Assembly: GCA_964016885.1 (NCBI GenBank)
Contig: OZ024740.1
Location: 230,392,001 to 230,456,000, forward strand
Direction: 5' to 3'
Length of the DNA: 64,000 nucleotides
Source of the DNA: Eledone cirrhosa
Lineage: Eukaryota
A program made the translations under genes and the position numbers. Position 1 is the first letter of the stretch, and every line of letters begins with the position of its first letter. The notes beneath the pieces are model-generated. The model was not told where the DNA came from and ran no database searches. It saw nothing but the letters and a program-made list of their open reading frames with translations. Of the stretch, positions 27,708 through 40,600 are shown piece by piece.

Positions 27708-28096
27708 CTACCTATGTAAATTATTAAACAAAACATGTCTAAATATAAAATACTAACTAAAAAATGTCTTGAAATAATTGAACTGGCTAACTATATAATT
27801 AAATAGACTTGTATAAACGAAATAAACATTAAACTTTATCCTAGATTTTAAACTGGACAAATATAAAGAATTTAAATAGATTAAAAAAGAATTCCACACA
27901 CGAAACAAAGCGTTATTAAATGAATTAAAATAAAATTCTCTTAAACAATTAAACCAAATTATCAAACAAAAAATGATTGTGTATGCTGTGTGGGGGGAGA
28001 GAGAGAGAGAGAGAGAGTGAGATAGAGAGAGAGAGAGAGAGGGGGAGAGAGAGAGAGAGAGAGAGAACATGCACACATTCTTAGATTTTAATATAG

Positions 28097-28320
28097 GAAT
28101 ACAGAACTATATATACAGAACAAACAATATCTGATGCCTATACAGATTGTAGGGGCCCCTGTAGATATAAACTATTTATAGTTAAATCTCTCCATAGAAA
28201 AGTTTTAAATGTTTCGTCTACTAAAGATTCCTTGGATAAGGAAATCTTACGTGTAAACAAACAATAGTTAATAACGTGTAAACCTAATGGTTAAACAGAT
28301 CTTGTCATAGAGCAACATAT
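28097..28320 (+). pseudogene. Probable decayed Penelope-like RT thumb fragment
   Basis: ...PCRYKLFIVKSLHRKVLNVSSTKDSLDKEILRVNKQ*LI resembles the PLE motif CPxxYKxxVIxxLxxRAxxIxSxxxxLxxExxRIxQxLxNNGY; recognised by eye only. Confidence 0.45.
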
Positions 28321-28419
28321 GAACAAATTCCCTCACACTGACACAACAGATTCAGCACCCAATAAAAATTGGCACACCACATCGTAGGGGAAATCGTAGG
28401 GGCAGCATAATGACATACA

Positions 28420-28650
28420 GCGTTTCTTAGGGCATTTTAAACTTGACGGAGCCCATCTCCTCTCCAGGTCTGAATACAGCAGATTTCTTCCAGAGAAGGA
28501 TAGGAAGGGAGAGAATGGAAGTGAGAAAGAGACATAAAGAAAGAATCGACCCCGGACCTAGATTAGTACTTTTTATCGACCTTAAATGGATGAAAGGCAA
28601 AGCTGACCTTGCGGAATTTGAACTGAAACAACTCTGCCAAATCGCCGCCC
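28420..28650 (-). mobile_element. SINE family C (shares the family A core, different long tail)
   Basis: GCCCATCTCCTCTCCAGGTCTGAATACAGCAGATTTCTTCCAG tail shared with 50815-51080 and 55185-55435. Confidence 0.75.
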
Positions 28651-28780
28651 ATATTTTACATGAATTAAATATTCTCTTGTTACGGAATGAATGTCAATTA
28701 AAAGATCATCAAATAGAATACAACATTTATCACACCTAATCCTCAGCTCATATTTAGGATATATTTCAAAATCACCAGAA

Positions 28781-29004
28781 TTCTTGTACGACGTATGGAC
28801 AAACATTAGAAAGACAAATCAAGTTTGGTGAACCAGACTGAGGCGCTATTTGTAGTATTGTGGATGTCCTCCAGGCTGCTGGGAAAACGTCTGAGGGGCA
28901 ATCCTGAACAACATGCAGCACTGTCTGGTCAGAGTCCCCATAGTCACATGCTGGGCTGTCTTTCATGTTCCATTGATGGTGATTATGGGCTGTCCTGGCA
29001 TATG
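28781..29004 (-). mobile_element. Vingi/Ingi-like non-LTR retrotransposon 3' end
   Basis: HQWNMKDSPACDYGDSDQTVLHVVQDCP (degenerate CCHC), then after a frameshift LRRFPSSLEDIHNTTNSASVWFTKLDLSF*, followed by a short 3' UTR with CCATACG. Confidence 0.7.
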
Positions 29005-29289
29005 TTTTTCTTGTTATTGTTTGTTTGTTTATTCGTTTTATTTTTGTTTGTTGTTTTTGTTGGGGGGTTTTTTTGAGGGGGGGGGGGGACAAAGCCAACT
29101 ATAACGCATATTAACTATAAGGTAGTTGAATAAAATCAGGGATATATCTCTTTCAGACGGAAAAAAGGGAGATTTAGTTACTATTTCTTCCAGGTCGAGT
29201 GACCACGCAGAGGCACTCGCGTTTGTTCAGCATTCCTTAATTTTTTGCCTGTACTATTCATGAGGTGTTCCCCATTTTATATAAACCAG

Positions 29290-29429
29290 GACATTTACAG
29301 AATTTGGCCGAAGAGATTCTCTTAAAATTGATAGAGCTTTCACTTTCCTATGAATGGAATGATGCTGCGTTTGAAGACCCAATCATATTTACTAAATCTT
29401 TGGAATACATAGCTTCTGAGAACTATGAT
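29290..29429 (+). CDS. Candidate internal exon of an unidentified host gene
   Basis: CCAG| acceptor, |GTACGT donor, open non-repetitive frame HLQNLAEEILLKLIELSLSYEWNDAAFEDPIIFTKSLEYIASENYD (phase 1 to 0). Confidence 0.4.
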
Positions 29430-29511
29430 GTACGTTTAGCAGCTTTTCAATTGAAAAGGCCGCCTCAAGCCACAGTTAAGAACGGCTCAACACAATGAAA
29501 GAAGTTTGCTT

Positions 29512-30139
29512 GCTATATATATTACTTGGGACAAGCATCTTGCTTCTATTTCTCTCTCGCCCCCTCTCTCTTTCTTTCTATTTCTCTCTCGCCCCCTCTC
29601 TCTTTCTTTCTCTCTCTCTCCCTCTCTCTCTCACTCTGTCATATATATATATATATTACTTGGGACAAGCATCTTGCTTCTATTTCTCTCTCGCCCCCTC
29701 TCTCTTTCTTTCTATTTCTCTCTCGCCCCCTCTCTCTTTCTTTCTATTTCTCTCCCTCTCTCTCTCTCTCTGTCATATATATATATATTACTTGGGACAA
29801 GCATCTTGCTTCTATTCCTCTCTCCCACCCTTTCTACTATCTCTCTCTCTATCCATCTCTCTCTCTCCCTCTCTCTCTCTCCCTCTCTCCCTCTCTCTCT
29901 GTCATATATATATATTACTTGGGACAAGCATCTTGCTTCTATTTCTCTCTCGCCCCCTCTCTCTTTCTTTCTATTTCTCTCTCGCCCCCTCTCTCTTTCT
30001 TTCTATTTCTCTCTCGCCCCCTCTCTCTTTCTCTCTCTCTCTCTCCCCCTCTCTCTCTCTCTGTCATATATATATATATATTACTTGGGACAAGCATCTT
30101 ACTTCTATTTCTCTCTCGCCCCCTCTCTCTTTCTCTCTC

Positions 30140-30183
<44 letters not shown>

Positions 30184-30470
30184 TACTTGGGACAAGCATC
30201 TTGCTTCTATTTCTCTCTCGCCCCCTCTCTCTTTCTTTCTCTCTCTCTCTCTCCCCCTCTCTCTCTCTCTCTGTCATATATATATATATATTACTTGCGA
30301 CAAGCATCTTGCTTCTATTTCTCTCTCGCCCCCTCTCTCTTTCTTTCTTTCTCTCTCTCTCCCCCTCTCTCTCACTCTGTCATATATATATATATATATT
30401 ACTTGGGACAAGCATCTTGCTTCTATTCCTCTCTCCCACCCTTTCTACTATCTCTCTCTCTATCCATCTC

Positions 30471-30530
<60 letters not shown>
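29512..30530. repeat. Composite minisatellite: 8 units of TTACTTGGGACAAGCATCTTGCTTCTATT + (CT)n + (AT)n
   Basis: Core seen at about 29522, 29656, 29788, 29915, 30081, 30183, 30291 and 30399. Confidence 0.93.
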
Positions 30531-30533
<3 letters not shown>

Positions 30534-30769
30534 CTCATAAATACTGGAGTCAATATTATCGACTAAATATTGCGCTGCCTCAGCATGGCCGCAGTCTAGA
30601 GATTAAATAAACAAAAGATTAAATAAACAAAAGTCTAAATCATATGAAGTATAAATATTTGAATAAAGGTAAGTTTAAGATATTCCTTGTTTAGTAGAAA
30701 CGATATCACATACACAAACACTAATGATTCCGTCTATGTTAGCCAGATTCCACATATTCCAGACAAGCT

Positions 30770-30774
30770 TATAT

Positions 30775-30853
<79 letters not shown>

Positions 30854-30902
30854 TATGCAATACTGTTAGCTTCTCGCTACAACAATTTCAATACCTTTCA
30901 TT

Positions 30903-30933
<31 letters not shown>

Positions 30934-30959
30934 GTGTGTGTTGTGTGTGTATATATATA

Positions 30960-31021
<62 letters not shown>

Positions 31022-31144
31022 TATATATATATATGTATACATATACATATATATATATATATATATATACATGTATATATAAATATTTTCTTTTTTCCTC
31101 ATTTATATATAAATACATGCATACATATATACATACATATACTG

Positions 31145-31242
<98 letters not shown>

Positions 31243-31310
31243 TATACATATATACATATATACACATATACACATATATATATACATATATATATATATA
31301 CACACACACA
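30770..31310. repeat. Compound (TA)n/(TG)n microsatellite
   Basis: Directly visible. Confidence 0.95.
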
Positions 31311-31689
31311 TTTATAATATCAGACATATTTTTTTTTACTATATTGTTTTATATATTTTTCATTACATATTTTATGCTCTTTATTCTTCATCATTCGTCT
31401 AAATTCAATTTACTTATATAGAAGCAGATTTTTGGTTTATTTTGCATACTTTTAGTTGCTTTCCTATATATTTTTATTGTTGTTGGTCTGGGCAGTTCCT
31501 GTTCCCTTCTCTTCCCTCCCACCAACATCGCCATCATCAACGTCTTCCTCACATATATATATCTAGAAGCTACAGCGGTGGTGATGATGGATAGTCGGTG
31601 GGGGTGGTGGGCGGGGGGGGGGGGTGATAATGGTGGTGGTAACTATGGTGGTGGCGGTGGTGGTGAGGGCGGTGGAGACGGTAACGATC

Positions 31690-34600
31690 GTGCCGGTGGT
31701 GTTAGTGGTGGTGGTGGTTGTGGTTGTGGTGGTGGTGGTGGTGTTGGTGGTGTTGGTGGTGTTAGTGGTAGTGCTGGTGGTGTTGTTGTTGGTGGTGTTA
31801 GTGGTAGTGCTGGTGGTGTTGTTGTTGGTGGTGTTAGTGGTAGTGCTGGTGGTGTTGTTGGTGGTGTTAGTGGTAGTGGTGGTGGTGTTGTTGGTGGTGT
31901 TAGTGGTGGTGGTGGTGGTGGTGGTGGTGGTGGTGGTGGTGTGAGTGGTAGTGCTGGTGGTACTGTTGGTGGTGTTAGTGGTAGTGCTGGTGGTGTTGTT
32001 GGTGGTGTTAGTGGTAGTGCTGGTGGTGTTGTTGGTGGTGTTAGTGGTAGTGCTGGTGGTGTTGTTGGTGGTGTTAGTGGTAGTGCTGGTGGTGTTGTTG
32101 TTGGTGGTGTTAGTGGTAGTGCTGGTGGTGTTGTTGGTGGTGTTAGTGGTAGTGCTGGTGGTGGTGTTGTTGGTGTTAGTGGTAGTGCTGGTGGTGTTGT
32201 TGGTGGTGTTAGTGGTAGTGCTGGTGGTGTTGTTGGTGGTGTTAGTGGTAGTGCTGGTGGTGTTGTTGGTGGTGTTAGTGGTAGTGCTGGTGGTGTTGTT
32301 GTTGGTGGTGTTAGTGGTAGTGCTGGTGGTGTTGTTGGTGGTGTTAGTGGTAGTGGTGGTGGTGTTGTTGGTGGTGTTAGTGGTAGTGCTGGTGGTGTTG
32401 TTGGTGGTGTTAGTGGTAGTGCTGGTGGTGTTGTTGGTGGTGTTAGTGGTAGTGCTGGTGGTGGTGGTGGTGGTGTTAGTGGTAGTGCTGGTGGTGTTGT
32501 TGGTGGTGTTAGTGGTAGTGCTGGTGGTGTTGTTGGTGGTGTTAGTGGTAGTGCTGGTGGTGTTGTTGGTGGTGTTAGTGGTAGTGCTGGTGGTGTTGTT
32601 GGTGGTGTTAGTGGTAGTGCTGGTGGTGTTGTTGGTGGTGTTAGTGGTAGTGCTGGTGGTGTTGTTGGTGGTGTTAGTGGTAGTGCTGGTGGTGTTGTTG
32701 GTGGTGTTAGTGGTAGTGCTGGTGGTGTTGTTGGTGGTGTTAGTGGTAGTGCTGGTGGTGTTGTTGGTGGTGTTAGTGGTAGTGCTGGTGGTGTTGTTGG
32801 TGGTGTTAGTGGTAGTGCTGGTGGTGTTGTTGGTGGTGTTAGTGGTAGTGCTGGTGGTGTTGTTGGTGGTGTTAGTGGTAGTGCTGGTGGTGTTGTTGTT
32901 GGTGGTGTTAGTGGTAGTGCTGGTGGTGTTGTTGGTGGTGTTAGTGGTAGTGGTGGTGGTGTTGTTGGTGGTGTTAGTGGTAGTGCTGGTGGTGTTGTTG
33001 GTGGTGTTAGTGGTAGTGCTGGTGATGTTGTTGGTGGTGTTAGTGGTAGTGCTGGTGGTGGTGGTGGTGGTGTTAGTGGTAGTGCTGGTGGTGTTGTTGG
33101 TGGTGTTAGTGGTAGTGCTGGTGGTGTTGTTGGTGGTGTTAGTGGTAGTGCTGGTGGTGTTGTTGGTGGTGTTAGTGGTAGTGCTGGTGGTGTTGTTGGT
33201 GGTGTTAGTGGTAGTGCTGGTGGTGTTGTTGGTGGTGTTAGTGGTAGTGCTGGTGGTGTTGTTGGTGGTGTTAGTGGTAGTGCTGGTGGTGTTGTTGGTG
33301 GTGTTAGTGGTAGTGCTGGTGGTGTTGTTGGTGGTGTTAGTGGTAGTGCTGGTGGTGTTGTTGGTGGTGTTAGTGGTAGTGCTGGTGGTGTTGTTGGTGG
33401 TGTTAGTGGTAGTGCAGGTGGTGTTGTTGGTGGTGTTAGTGGTAGTGCTGGTGGTGTTGTTGGTGGTGTTAGTGGTAGTGCTGGTGGTGGTGTTGTTGGT
33501 GGTGGTGTTAGTGGTAGTGCTGGTAGTGTTGTTGGTGGTGTTAGTGGTAGTGCTGGTGGTGTTGTTGGTGGTGTTAGTGGTAGTGCTGGTGGTGTTGTTG
33601 GTGGTGTTAGTGGTAGTGCTGGTGGTGTTGTTGGTGGTGTTAGTGGTAGTGCTGGTGGTGTTGTTGTTGGTGGTGTTAGTGGTAGTGGTGGTGGTGTTGT
33701 TGGTGGTGTTAGTGGTAGTGCTGGTGGTGTTGTTGGTGGTGTTAGTGGTAGTGCTGGTGGTGTTGTTGGTGGTGTTAGTGGTAGTGCTGGTGGTGTTGTT
33801 GGTGGTGTTAGTGGTAGTGCTGGTGGTGTTGTTGTTGGTGGTGTTAGTGGTAGTGCTGGTGGTGTTGTTGGTGGTGTTAGTGGTAGTGGTGGTGGTGTTG
33901 TTGGTGGTGTTAGTGGTAGTGCTAGTGGTGTTGTTGGTGGTGTTAGTGGTAGTGCTGGTGGTGGTGGTGGTGGTGGTGTGAGTGGTAGTGCTGGTGGTGT
34001 TGTTGGTGGTGTTAGTGGTAGTGCTGGTGGTGTTGTTGGTGGTGTTAGTGGTAGTGCTGGTGGTGTTGTTGGTGGTGTTAGTGGTAGTGCTGGTGGTGGT
34101 GTTGTTGGTGGTGGTGTTAGTGGTAGTGCTGGTGGTGTTGTTGGTGGTGTTAGTGGTAGTGCTGGTGGTGTTGTTGGTGGTGTTAGTGGTAGTGCTGGTG
34201 GTGTTGTTGGTGGTGTTAGTGGTAGTGCTGGTGGTGTTGTTGGTGGTGTTAGTGGTAGTGCTGGTGGTGTTGTTGGTGGTGTTAGTGGTAGTGCTGGTGG
34301 TGTTGTTGGTGGTGTTAGTGGTAGTGCTGGTGGTGTTGTTGGTGGTGTTAGTTGTAGTGCTGGTGGTACTGTTGGTGGTGTTAGTGGTAGTGCTGGTGGT
34401 GTTGTTGGTGGTGTTAGTGGTAGTGCTGGTGGTGTTGTTGGTGGTGTTAGTGGTAGTGCTGGTGGTGTTGTTGGTGGTGTTAGTGGTAGTGCTGGTGGTG
34501 TTGTTGGTGGTGTTAGTGGTAGTGCTGGTGGTGTTGTTGGTGGTGTTAGTGGTAGTGCTGGTGGTGTTGTTGGTGGTGGTGTTAGTGGTAGTGCTGGTGG

Positions 34601-37600
34601 TGCTGTTGGTGGTGTTAGTGCTAGTGCTGGTGGTGTTGTTGGTGGTGTTAGTGGTAGTGCTGGTGGTGTTGTTGGTGGTGTTAGTGGTAGTGCTGGTGGT
34701 GTTGTTGGTGGTGTTAGTGGTAGTGCTGGTGGTGTTGTTGGTGGTGTTAGTGGTAGTGCTGGTGGTGTTGTTGGTGGTGTTAGTGGTAGTGCTGGTGGTG
34801 TTGGTGGTGATGTTAGTGGTAGTGCTGGTGGTGTTGTTGGTGGTGGTGTTAGTGGTAGTGCTGGTGGTGTTGTTGGTGGTGTTAGTGGTAGTGCTGGTGG
34901 TGTTGTTGGTGGTGGTGTTAGTGGTAGTGCTGGTGGTGTTGTTGGTGGTGTTAGTGGTAGTGCTGGTGGTGTTGTTGGTGGTGGTGTTAGTGGTAGTGCT
35001 GGTGGTGTTGTTGGTGGTGTTAGTGGTAGTGCTGGTGGTGTTGGTGGTGGTGTTAGTGGTAGTGCTGGTGGTGTTGTTGGTGGTGTTAGTGGTAGTGCTG
35101 GTGGTGTTGTTGGTGGCGTTAGTGGTAGTGCTGGTGGTGTTGTTGGTGGTGTTAGTGGTAGTGCTGGTGGTGTTGTTGGTGGTGTTAGTGGTAGTGCTGG
35201 TGGTGTTGTTGGTGGTGTTAATGGTAGTGCTGGTGGTGTTGTTGGTGGTGTTAATGGTAGTGCTGGTGGTGTTGTTGGTGGTAGTGCTGGTAGTGCAGTT
35301 GGTGGTGTTAGTGGTAGTGCTGGTGGTGTTGTTGGTGGTGTTAGTGGTAGTGCTGGTGGTGTTGTTGGTGGTGTTAGTGGTAGTGCTGGTGGTGCTGTTG
35401 GTGGTGTTAGTGGTAGTGCTGGTGGTGTTGTTGGTGGTGTTAATGGTAGTGCTGGTGGTGCTGTTGGTGGTGTTAGTGGTAGTGCTGGTGGTGCTGTTGG
35501 TGGTGTTAGTGGTAGTGCTGGTGGTGTTGTTGGTGGTGTTAATGGTAGTGCTGGTGGTGCTGTTGGTGGTGTTAGTGGTAGTGCTGGTGGTGCTGTTGGT
35601 GGTGTTAGTGGTAGTGCTGGTGGTGTTGTTGGTGGTGTTAATGGTAGTGCTGGTGGTGCTGTTGGTGGTGTCAGTGGTAGTGCTGGTGGTGTTGCTGGTG
35701 GTGTTAATGGTAGTGCTAGTGGTGTTGTTGGTGGTGTTAGTGGTAGTGCTGGTGGTGTTGTTGGTGGTGGTGTTGGTGGTGGTGTTAGTGGTAGTGCAGG
35801 TGGTGTTGTTGGTGGTGTTAGTGGTAGTGCTGGTGGTGTTGTTGGAGGTGTTAGTGGTAGTGCTGGTGGTGTTGTTGATGGTGTTAGTGGTAGTGTTGGT
35901 GGTGTTGTTGGTGGTGTTACTGGTAGTGCTGGTGGTGTTGTTGGTGGTGTTAGTGGTAGTGCTGGTGGTGTTGTTGATGGTGTTAGTGGTAGTGCAGGTG
36001 GTGTTGTTGGTGGTGTTAGTGGTAGTGCTGGTGGTGTTGTTGGTGGTGTTAGTGGTAATGCTGGTGGTGTTGTTGGTGGTGTTTGTGGTAGTGCTGGTGG
36101 TATTGTTGATGTTGTTAGTGGTAGTGCAGGTGGTGGTGTTGGTGGTGTTAGTGGTAGTGCTGGTGGTGTTGTTGGTGGTGTTAGTGGTAGTGCTGGTGGT
36201 GTTGTTGGTGGTGTTAGTGGTAGTGCTGGTGGTGTTGTTGGTGGTGTTAGTGGTAGTGCAGGTGGTGTTGTTGGTGGTGTTAGTGGTAGTGCTGGTGGTG
36301 TTGTTGGTGGTGTTAGTGGTAGTGCTGGTGGTGTTGTTGATGGTGTTAGTGGTAGTGCTGGTGGTGCTGTTGGTGGTGTTAGTGGTAGTGCTGGTGGTGT
36401 TGTTGGTGGTGTTAGTGGTAGTGCTGGTGGTGCTGTTGGTGGTGTTAGTGGTAGTGCTGGTGGTGTTGTTGGTGGTGTTAGTGGTAGTGCAGGTGGTGTT
36501 GTTGGTGGTGTTAGTGGTAGTGCTGGTGGTGTTGTTGGTGGTGTTAGTGGTAGTGCTGGTGGTGTTGTTGGTGGTGGTGGTGTTAGTGGTAGTGCTGGTG
36601 GTGTTGTTGGTGGTGTTAGTGGTAGTGCTGGTGGTGCTGTTGGTGGTGTTAGTGGTAGTGCTGGTGATGTTGTTGGTGGTGTTAGTGGTAGTGTTGGTGT
36701 TGTTGGTGGTGTTAGTGGTAGTGCTGGTGGTGTTGTTGGTGGTGTTAATGGTAGTGCTGGTGGTGCTGTTGGTGGTGTTAGTGGTAGTGCTGGTGGTGCT
36801 GTTGGTGGTGTTAGTGGTAGTGCTGGTGGTGTTGTTGGTGGTGTTAATGGTAGTGCTGGTGGTGCTGTTGGTGGTGTCAGTGGTAGTGCTGGTGGTGTTG
36901 TTGGTGGTGTTAATGGTTGTGCTGGTGGTGTTGTTGGTGGTGTTAGTGGTAGTGCAGGTGGTGTTGTTGGTGGTGTTAGTGGTAGTGCTGGTGGTGTTGT
37001 TGGTGGTGTTAGTGGTAGTGCTGGTGGTGGTGTTGTTGGTGGTGGTGTTAGTGGTAGTGCTGGTGGTGTTGTTGGTGGTGTTAGTGGTAGTGCTGGTGGT
37101 GTTGTTGGTGGTGTTAGTGGTAGTGCTGGTGGTGTTGTTGGTGGTGTTAGTGGTAGTGCTGGTGGTGTTGTTGGTGGTGTTAGTGGTAGTGCTGGTGGTG
37201 TTGTTGTTGGTGGTGTTAGTGGTAGTGGTGGTGGTGTTGTTGGTGGTGTTAGTGGTAGTGCTGGTGGTGTTGTTGGTGGTGTTAGTGGTAGTGCTGGTGG
37301 TGTTGTTGGTGGTGTTAGTGGTAGTGCTGGTGGTGTTGTTGGTGGTGTTAGTGGTAGTGCTGGTGGTGTTGTTGTTGGTGGTGTTAGTGGTAGTGCTGGT
37401 GGTGTTGTTGGTGGTGTTAGTGGTAGTGGTGGTGGTGTTGTTGGTGGTGTTAGTGGTAGTGCTAGTGGTGTTGTTGGTGGTGTTAGTGGTAGTGCTGGTG
37501 GTGGTGGTGGTGGTGTGAGTGGTAGTGCTGGTGGTGTTGTTGGTGGTGTTAGTGGTAGTGCTGGTGGTGTTGTTGGTGGTGTTAGTGGTAGTGCTGGTGG

Positions 37601-40600
37601 TGTTGTTGGTGGTGTTAGTGGTAGTGCTGGTGGTGGTGTTGTTGGTGGTGGTGTTAGTGGTAGTGCTGGTGGTGTTGTTGGTGGTGTTAGTGGTAGTGCT
37701 GGTGGTGTTGTTGGTGGTGTTAGTGGTAGTGCTGGTGGTGTTGTTGGTGGTGTTAGTGGTAGTGCTGGTGGTGTTGTTGGTGGTGTTAGTGGTAGTGCTG
37801 GTGGTGTTGTTGGTGGTGTTAGTGGTAGTGCTGGTGGTGTTGTTGGTGGTGTTAGTGGTAATGCTGGTGGTGTTGTTGGTGGTGTTAGTTGTAGTGCTGG
37901 TGGTACTGTTGGTGGTGTTAGTGGTAGTGCTGGTGGTGTTGTTGGTGGTGTTAGTGGTAGTGCTGGTGGTGTTGTTGGTGGTGTTAGTGGTAGTGCTGGT
38001 GGTGTTGTTGGTGGTGTTAGTGGTAGTGCTGGTGGTGTTGTTGGTGGTGTTAGTGGTAGTGCTGGTGGTGTTGTTGGTGGTGTTAGTGGTAGTGCTGGTG
38101 GTGTTGTTGGTGGTGGTGTTAGTGGTAGTGCTGGTGGTGCTGTTGGTGGTGTTAGTGCTAGTGCTGGTGGTGTTGTTGGTGGTGTTAGTGGTAGTGCTGG
38201 TGGTGTTGTTGGTGGTGTTAGTGGTAGTGCTGGTGGTGTTGTTGGTGGTGTTAGTGGTAGTGCTGGTGGTGTTGTTGGTGGTGTTAGTGGTAGTGCTGGT
38301 GGTGTTGTTGGTGGTGTTAGTGGTAGTGCTGGTGGTGTTGTTGGTGGTGGTGTTAGTGGTAGTGCTGGTGGTGTTGTTGGTGGTGTTAGTGGTAGTGCTG
38401 GTGGTGTTGTTGGTGGTGGTGTTAGTGGTAGTGCTGGTGGTGTTGTTGGTGGTGTTAGTGGTAGTGCTGGTGGTGTTGTTGGTGGTGGTGTTAGTGGTAG
38501 TGCTGGTGGTGTTGTTGGTGGTGTTAGTGGTAGTGCTGGTGGTGTTGGTGGTGGTGTTAGTGGTAGTGCTGGTGGTGTTGTTGGTGGTGTTAGTGGTAGT
38601 GCTGGTGGTGTTGTTGGTGGCGTTAGTGGTAGTGCTGGTGGTGTTGTTGGTGGTGTTAGTGGTAGTGCTGGTGGTGTTGTTGGTGGTGTTAGTGGTAGTG
38701 CTGGTGGTGTTGTTGGTGGTGTTAATGGTAGTGCTGGTGGTGTTGTTGGTGGTGTTAATGGTAGTGCTGGTGGTGTTGTTGGTGGTAGTGCTGGTAGTGC
38801 AGTTGGTGGTGTTAGTGGTAGTGCTGGTGGTGTTGTTGGTGGTGTTAGTGGTAGTGCTGGTGGTGTTGTTGGTGGTGTTAGTGGTAGTGCTGGTGGTGCT
38901 GTTGGTGGTGTTAGTGGTAGTGCTGGTGGTGTTGTTGGTGGTGTTAATGGTAGTGCTGGTGGTGCTGTTGGTGGTGTTAGTGGTAGTGCTGGTGGTGCTG
39001 TTGGTGGTGTTAGTGGTAGTGCTGGTGGTGTTGTTGGTGGTGTTAATGGTAGTGCTGATGGTGCTGTTGGTGGTGTTAGTGGTAGTGCTGGTGGTGCTGT
39101 TGGTGGTGTTAGTGGTAGTGCTGGTGGTGTTGTTGGTGGTGTTAATGGTAGTGCTGGTGGTGCTGTTGGTGGTGTTAGTGGTAGTGCTGGTGGTGCTGTT
39201 GGTGGTGTTAGTGGTAGTGCTGGTGGTGTTGTTGGTGGTGTTAATGGTAGTGCTGGTGGTGCTGTTGGTGGTGTTAGTGGTAGTGCTGGTGGTGTTGCTG
39301 GTGGTGTTAATGGTAGTGCTGGTGGTGTTGTTGGTGGTGTTAGTGGTAGTGCTGGTGGTGTTGTTGGTGGTGGTGTTGGTGGTGGTGTTAGTGGTAGTGC
39401 AGGTGGTGTTGTTGGTGGTGTTAGTGGTAGTGCTGGTGGTGTTGTTGGAGGTGTTAGTGGTAGTGCTGGTGGTGTTGTTGATGGTGTTAGTGGTAGTGTT
39501 GGTGGTGTTGTTGGTGGTGTTACTGGTAGTGCTGGTGGTGTTGTTGGTGGTGTTAGTGGTAGTGCTGGTGGTGTTGTTGATGGTGTTAGTGGTAGTGCAG
39601 GTGGTGTTGTTGGTGGTGTTAGTGGTAGTGCTGGTGGTGTTGTTGGTGGTGTTAGTGGTAATGCTGGTGGTGTTGTTGGTGGTGTTTGTGGTAGTGCTGG
39701 TGGTATTGTTGATGTTGTTAGTGGTAGTGCAGGTGGTGTTGTTGGTGGTGTTAGTGGTAGTGCTGGTGGTGTTGTTGGTGGTGTTATTGGTAGTGCAGGT
39801 GGTGTTGTTGGTGGTGTTAGTGGTAGTGCTGGTGGTGTTGTTGGTGGTGTTAGTGGTAGTGCTGGTGGTGTTGTTGATGGTGTTAGTGGTAGTGCTGGTG
39901 GTGCTGTTGGTGGTGTTAGTGGTAGTGCTGGTGGTGTTGTTGGTGGTGTTAGTGGTAGTGCTGGTGGTGCTGTTGGTGGTGTTAGTGGTAGTGCTGGTGG
40001 TGTTGTTGGTGGTGTTAGTGGTAGTGCAGGTGGTGTTGTTGGTGGTGTTAGTGGTAGTGCTGGTGGTGTTGTTGGTGGTGTTAGTGGTAGTGCTGGTGGT
40101 GTTGTTGGTGGTGGTGGTGTTAGTGGTAGTGCTGGTGGTGTTGTTGGTGGTGTTAGTGGTAGTGCTGGTGGTGCTGTTGGTGGTGTTAGTGGTAGTGCTG
40201 GTGATGTTGTTGGTGGTGTTAGTGGTAGTGTTGGTGTTGTTGGTGGTGGTGTTTGTGGTAGTGCTGGTGGTGCTGTTGGTGGTGTTAGTGGTAGTGCTGG
40301 TGGTGTTGTTGGTGGTGTTAGTGGTAGTGCTGGTGGTTTTGTTGGTGGTGGTGTTAGTGGTAGTGCTGGTGATGTTGTTGGTGGTGTTAGTGGTAGTGTT
40401 GGTGTTGTTGGTGGTGGTGTTAGTGGTAGTGCAGGTGGTGTTGTTAGTGGTGTTAGTGGTGGTGGTGGTGGTGCTGTTGGTGGTGTTAGTGGTAGTGCTG
40501 GTGTTGTTGTTGGTGGTGTTAGTGGTAGTGCTGGTGGTGTTGTTGGTGGTGTTAGTGGTGGTGGTGGTGGTGCTGTTGGTGGTGTTAGTGGTAGTGCTGG

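Noticed and set aside
29512-30480. CRISPR-like array (constant ~29-bp repeat with variable spacers)
   Set aside because: Spacers are related (CT)n/(AT)n microsatellite rather than unique sequence; eukaryotic context and no cas genes.
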